In this document: one piece after another, positions 22,569-33,486 of the stretch
How the letters are laid out: each line of letters begins with the position of its first letter
Numbering within the stretch: position 1 is the first letter of the stretch
DNA from: Octopus sinensis
Taxonomy: Eukaryota
DNA length: 64,000 nucleotides
Reading direction: 5' to 3'
Assembly: GCF_006345805.1 (NCBI RefSeq)
Contig: NC_043002.1
Location: forward strand, 88,536,001 to 88,600,000
Notes under the pieces: generated by a model
What the model saw: only the letters and a program-made list of their open reading frames with translations
Told to the model about the DNA's origin: nothing
The model's database searches: none
Program-made: the position numbers and the translations under genes

Positions 22569-22596
22569 TTAGTATAACACTCAGGAATAGAAAAAG

Positions 22597-22633
22597 TCTT
22601 TTACGTTTTGAGCCTATGCTCTTCTACAGAAAG
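22597..22633 (-). ncRNA. Degenerate minimal hammerhead-like motif in the PLE-type repeat
   Basis: CTTT CTGTAGA A GAGC ATAG GCTC AAAA CGTA AAAG; paralogues at 60032-60068 and 60860-60897. Confidence 0.45.
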
Positions 22634-22984
22634 GGACACAGAAAAAACAAGGAGAGAAAATAAATGTGTGTAGTGGCTACCAATCTATCACACATATATA
22701 TACTATACACATATACACATTAAAAGAAAGAACCAGAGGCCATAGACAAATAAAGCTGGTTTCCTAGATTTTGTGGTGTGTGTATATCCATCACCCACCC
22801 AGGATGGAATGCCAGCCCATGTCTGGATTACTCATCTTTGTTAGCTGAGTAGACTGGAGCATCATGACATGAAGTGTTTTACTTATAAACAGAATGCATT
22901 GCCTGGTCCAGGAACTGAAAGCACAATCTTATAAACATGAGTGCAACACCCTAAATACTAAGTTATGCACCTCCACACATATAT

Positions 22985-23430
<446 letters not shown>

Positions 23431-23658
23431 TGAGAGAGAGGAACAGACAGACAAATAGACAGACAGAGAGTTGTAGATTTCTACCCATACTACACAGCAC
23501 TTTCCTTGGATATTGGAACAGCAACTGTAACATCCTACATATATTTTTACTTTTATTTTTATTTTCTTATTTCCCTTTATACTTCCTATATCCATCCTTT
23601 TCCAGAATAACTCCTTATATTGAACTCTACTATTTCCCCCTAGTTAACTTTCATATCA

Positions 23659-23704
23659 TCTCTGATAAAAGGATATCTCTAATATCCAAGAAATAGCTAT
23701 AAGA
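23659..23704 (+). ncRNA. Degenerate minimal hammerhead-like motif
   Basis: TCT CTGATAA AA GGATAT ctcta ATATCC AA GAAA TAGCTA TA AGA; perfect 6-bp stem II and palindromic stem III, but core G8 changed. Confidence 0.45.
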
Positions 23705-24039
23705 CTACCTTTCTCTTTATAAACGTCCCGTAAATTCCACACATCCTTGGCTTTGTTGTCTCTTTTTATTTAACACACACACACACACACACACAGAATT
23801 GGAACATTAAACAGATAAATTATATTCATAAATACTGTGAAAATATACCTATTTTAGATGATGATTTGCATCTTTCTGAAATATATTTTACCTTTGTTGT
23901 ATTGTTGTCTTTTTTTAAAGGCTCATCAGCAAAGTGTAGCTTCCCCATAATTTTCTAAATTATTAGAGATACAAATTGCTAATTGAATGGCCTAATTGAT
24001 ACATGTGCTGTGTTGTTTAAGAGAAATACTGATAGATGA

Positions 24040-24290
24040 TCATCATTGCTGTCATCATTGTCAGTTATGTCATCATCATCATCATCACCATCACCAGAGC
24101 CACCACAACCCCTGCTGCTGCCACCACGACCACTTCCACCACCATCATTACCATCGTTATCACTCTCATCATCATCATCATCATCATCATCATCTTCACA
24201 CTTATTATTGTTGTCATAATCACATCGTTGGTAGCAACAATGTTATCCTTACCATTTGCAATACCACCATCATCATCATCATGATCGCCA
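24040..24290. repeat. Imperfect (CAT)n/(CAC)n microsatellite
   Basis: Visible. Confidence 0.9.
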
Positions 24291-24689
24291 TCAGTTTAAA
24301 ATCTTTTATTCCATGCTGAAATACATTATCAGGCCTGAAGTTTCAGTGTCCCTTCCATCACATATCATCTCATTAGGGAGGGAGAAAAAAAAAAGCAATG
24401 TTTTGTTTGTTTGTTTTTTAGGGGGTGTTTTTTCTAAGTGAAAATTCAAGGCACCTCTGACATGAAAGCTATATTTCTAGAATCATTTTTCAAGATGTAA
24501 CACCAGCTTACAAACTGATTTCCTTCCTCTTAAATCCACGTTACTCCACCCTAGGGAGTTAAAAAGTTGTAATGTAGTAACTATTAGCTTCTGATATAAA
24601 TGAATTGTAAGAATTTGTGTGTACCAAATGGTTGGAGCTAATTGCATGATATGTACATTGGGTTCTTCACTTTCAACCAGATACAAAGG

Positions 24690-25228
24690 GACAATCCATG
24701 CAGTGAAAAAAATCCCTCCTCACTTGCTCCCCAAAACCCCAATGTCATTTCACCTAAGAAGGTGATGGTCTTAGTTCTTTGGGATGTTTATTGATTATTT
24801 TCAAAAGTGTACACCATCAATGGAGGGTACTATGCTAACTTTCTGAGGCAGTTACAAAAGGCTTTCAATATTAACAATCAGAAAAACTGATGAAAGGGTT
24901 CTTGTTTCATCTGGACAATGCTCCAGCACTCAAGTCCTTCATTTCAATGGCTGTTGTGTATGACTGTGACTTGAAACTGGTTGCTCATTGTTCCTATTGG
25001 CTGAGAATCAATATCAATCACAGTGATGATGATACTGTATCTGCTGTTGATGGCTTTTTTGACCAACAGGATGAAAGCTTCTTCAGTAATGGGATCCAAG
25101 CACTGCAACACCAATGGAAAAAGTGTGTGGACAGCAAGGAGGACTATGTTGAAAAAGAAACCTCATTTGGTCACATTCCATGAGAGTATCTTGGTCAGCC
25201 TATGAATTTTTCAGCTAACCCTCATACG
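24690..25228 (+). pseudogene. Mariner transposase 3' fragment with right TIR
   Basis: KGFLFHLDNAPALKS (second catalytic D), FFDQQDESFFSNGIQALQHQWKKCVDSKEDYVEK; TIR-like GAATTTTTCAGCTAACCCTCATA. Confidence 0.85.
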
Positions 25229-25999
25229 ATGGTATGTTGCCACCTGCACCACTTACCTCTATTAGCATACTGCCACCAACTTCAAAGCTGTAGAGTTGAA
25301 GGTTAATTTGAACAAAGGTAGTAACAATTTATTAAATGTTATGTTAACATAAGAGCTGCTTATATATATAAACAGTTATGGCCCTTATTTCTTTTTCCAG
25401 TAGGACACCAGCTGTAATAGCTAATGAAACATGTTCTTTTTAAATTAATCAAATGATAAAATTTTTCAATTTCCTTTATCATAACAATACATATGTAAAT
25501 TCCATTTTATATTTTCATACATATATTAATATTTAGGATTATGTATGAGTGTGTGTATGTGCGTACGTATGTGTGTGTGCTTGTGCGTGTGTATGTGTTT
25601 CTATGTCTGTCTACCTGTGTGTGTGTGTGTGTGTTTGTGTGTGTGTACACATTTATGCATTATGATTCTGGATAGAGATGAAAACCAGCTTTCACACCAA
25701 TTGAAACTTTTCTGTAAAATGATTCAACACTCCCCTCCTCTACCTACAGAGCCATCAGTAGCCTATTTCATCCTCCAACCAGTCAAAAATATTTCCACTC
25801 CCTGGTCTTTTGCATATAACTCTATAGAAAACACCCGGTAGGTGATACCCATTTTTAAAAAAAGCAGTATATGTGAGCCTTTTTTGGAAACTTATTTTCC
25901 CTGATGAAAGAGGTGGTGTCCTATAATGGATGTAAATATTATTTTATATAGCAGGTGGCAAGTAAAGAAACACTGTTTTGACCCTGTGCTTGAGGAGAC

Positions 26000-26377
26000 C
26001 TATTGAGTCAAGTACATCAACATCAAAAATCAATGGAAATTGTAGCTGTGATCCCTGTGCCGGTGGCACGTAAAAAGCATCATCCGAACATGGCCGATGC
26101 CAGCACCGCCTTGACTAGCTTCCGTGCCCGTGGTATGTAAAAAGCACCAACTTGATCGTGGCCATTGCCAGCCTCGCCTGGCACCTGTGCCAGTGGCACG
26201 TAAAAAGCACCCACTATACTCACGGAGTGGTTGGCATTAGGAAGGGCATCCAGCTGTAGAAACACTGCCAGATTAGACTGGAGCCTGGTGTAGCCTTCTG
26301 GCTTCCCAGATCCCGGTCGAACCGTCCAACCCATGCTAGCATGGATAACGGTCGTTAAACGATGATGATGATGATAG
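26000..26377 (+). mobile_element. RTE LINE 3' UTR with three repeat units and (GAT)n tail
   Basis: Homologous to the reverse complement of 29028-30745. Confidence 0.88.
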
Positions 26378-27068
26378 CAGGACAACCAATCCCCTAGAAA
26401 CGGCCATAGGATTATTAACTGGATTAGTAATACCCAAACATTTTTATAGACTCAACTCTCTTTATAACTTTGTTTTATAATCTGTAAATTGACCTGTAGT
26501 TACTTTTTCAATATATTTTTTATGTGTACATCTATTTATTTATATATTTTTATATGTATATTTTTAATGTATTGATTACTCTATATAGTTTTATATATCT
26601 ATATATTTTTGATGTTTGATGTATTGAATATACTTTTGGAGAAATTCGTGCATATTGGGTCTAGCGCTGAATAAATATGAATGTATATGTGAACTTGATT
26701 TGCCTAACTTTGATTCTTACTTCTGCATAATTCTAACACCTCAGGTTTAATATCCTGAATGCTTCAAAGTGAAATCTATACAGTGGAAGAAATATTTTTC
26801 TTTATAATCTTATTGTATTTTGCTATATGTATCATACAAGTGGGAGGACTGTTTCAGAGAAATATATTTGCTATATTCTCCATCTGTGTTTACATATTGT
26901 GAGAGATGCATGGTTTTGGAGGATTCTAACTCCTCTTTCAAACAAACAGGTACTTATTGTACCCTGACTTCTTATTATATATTTTCCTGATTTGAAGAAT
27001 GTTTGCTGGCTACTTTATCATTATTTTTAAAGATAATTATAGTTTATTTGATTTTTATATTTATATGA

Positions 27069-27104
<36 letters not shown>

Positions 27105-27208
27105 TGGTAAAAACAGTAAGATAACAAAAGAAAGAAAGAGACCTCAATATTATGTAAATAGAGGAATTTATCTGTAAATGTAATATGTGACAATTATTCG
27201 GTAGCCAA

Positions 27209-27269
27209 GATAAAACTCTGAGTTTCGGATGCCGAGGTGGAAATTCACACCACCATCTCTTCAGTTATC
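27209..27269 (-). ncRNA. Minimal type-I hammerhead in the inverted pLTR
   Basis: GATAA CTGAAGA GATG...CATC C GAAA CTCAGA GTT^TTATC. Confidence 0.6.
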
Positions 27270-27411
27270 TGGCCATCAGAAAAACGCTATGAAAATAGAC
27301 TGTTATACAAAGGGAAATTACTGTGTTATTGACGCTATTTAGACAAAAGCGCTATTCGAATGACCATTAACTAAGGTAAGGGGGTAAAAAGTTCATAGTA
27401 TAAAGAAGAAG

Positions 27412-28050
27412 AGAAATAGAAATAGGAAGATCATCTGGTTCACACCTCCCTACTCACCCGAGGTGACTTTCAATATAGGTAAATATTTCTTAGCACTGAT
27501 AGATAGACATTTTCCAGTCAACCATACTTACAGGAAGCTCTTCAATAAGCATAACTTAAAAATTAGTTTCAGCTCAACTACCAATTTTAAGAATATAATT
27601 GCACACAACACACAATATGAAAACAGCTGTTCATGCAGAGATAAAAAATTGAGTCCGCTAAATGGAGCTTGCATGTCCGAGACCATCATCTACAAAGCTA
27701 CCGTAGGCTCTATACCCACTAAAGACACGGTTTCGACGAAGAAATACGTGGGCCTTACAGAGAGTAATTTCAAGGCCAGGTTCAATAATGGCACCTTGAG
27801 CTTTAGGCACTGCAACAAAATTATCCAGTCATATATGGTCATTAAAAGATAAAGGTGTCAGTTACATCCATTGGAAGATTTTAGCCAAATGTAAGCCCTA
27901 TACCAACGGCAGCGGAAAGTGCGGTCTATGCAATACGGAAAGATGGCTCATCTGGTAAAGCAGTTTAGACCCTGCTACATGTCTAAACTCAAGGACAAAA
28001 CTTTTCGGATCATACCCACATGTGACCAAATTTTTGTTACATTTTGATCC
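27412..28050 (+). pseudogene. Penelope-like RT C-terminus plus GIY-YIG endonuclease
   Basis: RNRKIIWFTPPYS..IGKYFLALIDRHFP; CSC..CM.ETIIYKATV...KKYVGLTESNFKARFNN; CKPY....KCGLCNTE. Confidence 0.88.
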
Positions 28051-28923
28051 CCCCAAGACTACAGATAGAACGTGCTTTCTATATTATGTCCACACACAAG
28101 TTTTTTTTATCGCATTATACCTTTTACTTTTATTCTATTTATATTTTTTATATATATATTATAGAGAATTTGGTTTATAAATATATTTTTTTTACACATA
28201 CTTTTTTCTGTACTCTACCTTCCACCCTGCATTTTTCCCTGTGCGTATATAGATGTGTATATGGAATCATTTGTATGCGCATGTGGATGTGTACGTGTGT
28301 GCGGATATGTATGTATATAGATGTGTGTGTGTGCGTGGGCATATGAGTACATATATATATAGACGTATTTTACTCAGTGTTTTTACAATTTTTCCTGTGT
28401 TTTTTTTTTAGACGTATGTATAATCCTCTTTGTGCGTGTGAGTGTGTGTATGTGTAGATAGACGTGTGCGGGTATGTGAATATATGGGCAAGTGTGTGTG
28501 TGCGTGCATAAGGGTATGTCCGTATATGAATGTGGCTTACTCTTTGTATACTGCCTTATGCCTTTTTTCTGTATTGTTACCCGTAACCCTGTTTTTTCTT
28601 GTGCTTATGCGTATGTAGACGTATGTATGAACTTTCACAGTGCACGTGTGCATGTGTGGATTTGTATTTATATACATATACATTTGGCAAAAGATACGAG
28701 TGAAGACGTGCCCGTTTTTCTAGTGATGTATGCGTACGCACGTGGGTGTGCGGGTGCACATGTGTACATACGAACAGGCGCGCTTACGCGTATACTATGA
28801 ACTTTTTACCCCCTTACCTTAATTAGCGGTCATTCGAATAGCGCATTTGTCTAAATTGCATCAATAACACAGTAATTTCCCTTTGTATAACGGTCTTTTT
28901 TCATAGCGTTTTTCCGATGGCCG

Positions 28924-28984
28924 GATAACTGAAGAGATGGTGGTGTGGATTTCCACCTCGCCATCCGAAACTCAGAGTTTTATC
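28924..28984 (+). ncRNA. Minimal type-I hammerhead in the 3' pLTR
   Basis: GATAA CTGAAGA GATGG...CCATC C GAAA CTCAGA GTT^TTATC; stem I GATAA/TTATC; near-palindromic stem III AAACTCAGAGTTT; one extra C before GAAA. Confidence 0.65.
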
Positions 28985-29027
28985 TTGGCTACCGAATAAT
29001 TGTCACATATCACATTTACAGATATAT

Positions 29028-31232
29028 ATATCATCATCATCATCGTTTAACGTCCATTTTCTGCGCTAGCATGGGTTGGACGGTTCGACCGGGGTTTGGG
29101 GAGCCAGGGGCTGCCCCAGGCTCCAGTCTGATCTGGCAGTGTTTCTACAGCTGGATGCCCTTCCTAACGCCAACCACTCCGCGAGTGTAGTGGGTGCTTT
29201 TTACGTCCCACCTGCACAGGTGCCAGAGGGGTCTGTCATCGGCCACGATCGGTTGGTGCTTTTTTATGTGCCACCGGCACAGAAGCCAGTCAAGGTGGTG
29301 CTGGCATCAGCCACGTTCGGATGGTGCTTTTTATGTGCCACCGGCACAGAAGCCATTCGAGGCAGGGTGGCATCGGTCACGTTCGGATGGTGCTTTTTAT
29401 GTGCCACCGGCACAGAAGCCAGTGGAGGCTGCACTGGCAACGGCCACGTTCGGATGTGCTTTTTATGTGTTCACCGGCACAGGTATCACAACTACTGTTT
29501 CCATTGATATTTGTTCGATGTTCATGTACATGCACTTGCTCAACAGTCTCCTCAAGCACAGCGAGATGTTCCGTGATCCCATGATCGGTTGGTGCTTTTT
29601 ATGTGCCACCTGCACAGAAGCTAGTCGAGGCGGTGCTGGCGTCGGCCACGCTCGGATGGTGCTTTTTATGTGCCACCGACACAGAAGCCAGTCGGGGCAG
29701 TGCTGGCATCGGTCACGTTCGGATGGTGCTTTTTATGTGCCACCGACACAGAAGCCAGTCGGGGCAGTGCTGGCATCGGTCACGTTCGGATGGTGCTTTT
29801 TATGTGCCACCAGCACAGAAGCCATTCGAGGCAGGGTTGGCATCGGTCACATTCGGATGGAGCTTTTTATGTGCCACCAGCACAGAAGCCACTGGAGGCT
29901 GCACTGGCAACGGCCACGTTCGGATGGTGCTGGCGGGGTTGGCATCGGTCACGTTCGGATGGAGATTTTTATGTGCCACCGACAGAAGCCAGTGGAGGCT
30001 GCACTGGCAACGTCCACGTTCGGATGGTGTATTTTATGTGTCACCGGCATAGGTATCACAACTACTGTTTCCATTGATATTCGGTTCCATGTTCATGTGC
30101 CACCGGCACAGAAGCCATTCGAGGCGGGGTTGGCATCAGTCACATTCAGATGGTGCTTTTTATGTTCCACCGGCACAGAAGCCAGTGGAGGCTGCAATGG
30201 CAACGGCCATGTTCGGATGGTGCTTTTTATGTGTCACCGGCACAGGTATCACAACTACTGTTTCCATTGATATTTGGTTCGATGTTCATGTACATGCACT
30301 TGACTCAACAGGTCTCCTCAAGCACAGCGAGATGTTCCATGATCCCACGATTGGTTGGTGCTTTTTATGTGCCACCGGCTCAGAAGCTAGTCAAGGCGGT
30401 GCTGGCATCGGCCACATTCAGATGGTGCTTTTTATGTGCCACCGGCACAGAAGCCAGTCGGGGCGGTGCTGGCATCGGCCACGTTCGGATGGTGCTTTTT
30501 ATGTGCCACCGGCACAGAAGCCATTCGAGGCAGGGTTGGCATCGGTCCACGTTCGGATGGTGCTTTTTGTGTGCCACCGGCACAGAAGCCAGTGGAGGCT
30601 GCACTGGCAACGACCACGTTCGGATGGTGCTTTTTATGTATCACCGGCACAGGTATCACAGCTACCGTTTCCATTGATATAGTTCGATGTTCATGTATAT
30701 GCACATGACTCGACAGGTCTCCTGAAGCACAGCGAGATGTTCCGGGATCCAAGGTACTTTGGATGGGCAGGGGGTATGCGGAACTGGTGCCGGAAGCATC
30801 CCGGGTCTTAGTAGTCACAGCACATCTCCAGAGATCTCGGTCCTTCGCCATTGCCTCAGTGAGGCCCAACGCTCTGCGGTCATGCTTGACTACCTCATCC
30901 CATGTCTTCCTGGGTCTACCTCTCCCCCTGATTCCTTCAACTGTTCGTGAGTGGCACTTCTTCACACATCTCTCCTCATCCATCCGCAGTACATGACCAT
31001 ACAATCGCAAGCGTCGCTCTAGCACACCGCATCTGATGCTTCTTATGCCTAGCATTTCTCTCAGGGTGCTTACACTCTGTCGTGCATTCACACTGACATT
31101 ACACATCCAGCGGATCATGCTAGCTTCATTTCTTTCAAGTCGACGCATGTCCTCTGCAGTCACGGCCCATGTTTCACTGCCGTGAAGCATGGCAGTTCGC
31201 ACACATGCATCATACAATCTACCTTTCACTCT
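29028..31232 (-). mobile_element. RTE LINE 3' part: ORF2 C-terminus (about 30760-31232), amplified 3' UTR, (GAT)n tail
   Basis: RVKGRLYDACVRTAMLHGSETW...RRLRLYGHVLRM...RGRGRPRKTWDEVV...DRDLWR. Confidence 0.93.
29170..30745. repeat. Tandem array of about 60-bp units (TTCGGATGGTGCTTTTTATGTGCCACCGGCACAGAAGCC...) with higher-order blocks
   Basis: More than 20 units; a spacer block ...ACAGCGAGATGTTCC recurs at about 29480-29580, 30240-30345 and 30645-30745 (partial at 30050). Confidence 0.92.
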
Positions 31233-31469
31233 GGCCATCCCACTTTGTTGTAAATCCAATACTGCATTGTTCAGTTTGACTTTTAAAAAAATCGGTTGCT
31301 ATTTCTAACAGTTCGTTGGAAGATATCTCTTGACCCAAGTTGTCGCCTGTAGTGGTCTACTTTGAAAAAAAATGTTTGACTGTCCTGGGTTGTTAGTAAC
31401 GAAAAAAAAACGCAATTGTCTTTAAAATTATATACACCGTAAATCGTTGAAAATATTTCCTAAACTTCA

Positions 31470-31511
<42 letters not shown>

Positions 31512-31740
31512 ATGATATGTATAATATATATATATATATATATATTAATATATATATAATATATATATATATATAATATATATATATAATTATATATTAT
31601 ATATATATATATATATAGATATTATATATATATATATTATTATATATATCTATATATATATCTATATATATATAATATATATATATATAATATATATATA
31701 TTATTATAACATATACACATATGTATATATATAACATATA

Positions 31741-31965
31741 CGTGCTGGCACCGACTCGTTAGCGTGCCAGGCGAAATGCTTACCGGTATTTCGTCTGTCG
31801 TTACGTTCTGAGTTCAAATTCCGCCGAGGTCGACTTTACCTTTCATCCTTTCGGGTCGATAAATAAAGTACCAAAAATATAAGGGACAACAAGGACAGAC
31901 AAAGGGATTAAGTCGATGTATCGACTTATCCCTTTGTCTGTCCTTGTTTGTCCCCTATATATAGA
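31741..31965 (+). mobile_element. SINE family C with fold-back tail
   Basis: Family C head and core; tail present as an inverted duplication at 31877-31960. Confidence 0.8.
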
Positions 31966-31974
31966 AATATATAT

Positions 31975-32745
31975 ATTTCACCGAATTTTACCCAAAATTT
32001 TTCGAAAATTTTCTTCGGTAATTTTCTCGAAAAATTTCCCCCAAAATTTTTCGAAAACTTTGGCCGAAAATTTTTCCCCAAAATTTTTCGAAAATTTTCA
32101 CCGAAACTTTACCAAAAAATTTTTTGGAAATTTTCACCAAAAATTTTGCAAATTTTCTCTAAAAATTTTCCATCAAAATGTTTTCGAAAATTTTCACCAA
32201 AAATTTTCACCAAAAATTTTTCGAAAATTTTCACTGAAATTTTACCACATAGCGACTTGCGTATGCAAAACATTTTCTTTTTAAAGTAGACCACTACTAG
32301 TAGACCACTGTGTTTACTTTGAATAGCTACGGCAAACGTCGTTCACCATTCAGCTATGCTCGTTCTCTTTCAACTGGAATTTAACCCCTGACCAACCCTA
32401 AATTGCTAGACATTTTGGTCGTGGCCATCCCGCTTTGTTGTAAATTCAATACTACATTGTTCAGTTTGAATTTTTTAAAAAATCGGCTGCTATTTCTAAC
32501 AGTTCATTGGAAGATATCTCTTGACCCAAGTTGTCGCCTGTAGTGGTCTACTTTGAAAAAAAATGTTTGACTGTCCTTAAGGTTGTTTAGTAACGAAAAA
32601 AAAAAACGCAATTTCTTTAAAATTATATACCACGTAAATCGTTGAAAATATTTCCTAACTTCAGTATATATATATATATATATATATACATTTATGTATA
32701 TAATATATACATATACACATATGTATATATATATATACATATATA

Positions 32746-32776
<31 letters not shown>

Positions 32777-33486
32777 ATAATATATATATTATATATATAT
32801 ATATATATATAAATATATATATTTCAACGAAAATTTTAACCAAAAATTTTTCGAAAATTTTCACCGATAATTTGTTCAAAAATTTTTCGAAAATTTTACC
32901 CAAGATTTTCACCGATAATTTCTCGAAAAATTTCCCCCAAAATTTTTCGAAAACTTTCACCGAAAATTTTAACCAAAAGTTTTACGGTAAATTTCCCCCA
33001 AAATTTTTCGAAAACTTTTGCCGAAAATTTTCCCCAAAAATTTTTCGAAAATTTTCACCGAAACTTTTACCAAAAAATTTTTGGAAAATTTTCACCAAAA
33101 ATTTTTCGAAAATTTTCCCTAAAAATTTTCCATAAAATGTTTTCGAAAATTTTCACCAAAAATTTTCACCGATAAAATATACCTAAAAATTTTTCGAAAA
33201 TTTTCACTGAAAATTTTACCACAAAATTATTCGTAAATTTTCACCGAAAATTTTCTCGAAAATTTTTCGAAAATTTTCACCGAAAATTTTCCCCAAATAT
33301 TTTTAGAAAATTTTCCCCAAAAATTTTCACCAGAATTTTCAGATAATTTTCACTGAAAGTTTTACCCAAAAACTTTTCCAAAATTTTCACCGAAAATTTT
33401 GCCCAAAAATTTTTCCAAAATTTTCAATGAAAATTTTACCACAAAATTATTCGAAAATTTTCACCGAGAATTTTCTCCAAAATTTT
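31975..33486. repeat. Two minisatellite arrays built of GAAAATTTTC/AAAATTTTTCG units (31975-32245, 32820-33486)
   Basis: Visible. Confidence 0.93.

Larger units (their letters stand above)
27100..29025 (+). mobile_element. 5'-truncated Penelope-like element with inverted pseudo-LTRs
   Basis: 27165-27411 is the reverse complement of 28791-29025; the two enclose RT-thumb/GIY-YIG coding remnants. Confidence 0.85.
31233..33486. mobile_element. Composite insert in the RTE ORF: 255-bp block x2, (TA)n, SINE C, and A4T4 satellite x2 (possibly Helentron/DINE-1-like)
   Basis: 31233-31470 repeated at 32422-32665; inverted motif GTAGTGGTCTACTTT / AAAGTAGACCACTAC; family assignment is inference. Confidence 0.55.

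Noticed and set aside
26895-26950. Hammerhead-like fragments at 26900-26945 (minus), 25900, 53010-53050 and 60735-60790
   Set aside because: Each lacks either the GAAA, a pairing stem I or a proper stem II; at most very decayed or truncated relics.
29170-30745. Repeat-spacer-like array resembling CRISPR
   Set aside because: The spacers are homologous to each other, the array is the 3' UTR of an RTE LINE, there are no cas genes, and the context is eukaryotic.
30432-31259. 275-aa ORF starting MDLQQSGMA
   Set aside because: The start comes from the inserted element and the tail runs through UTR repeats; it is only the C-terminal piece of the interrupted RTE ORF.
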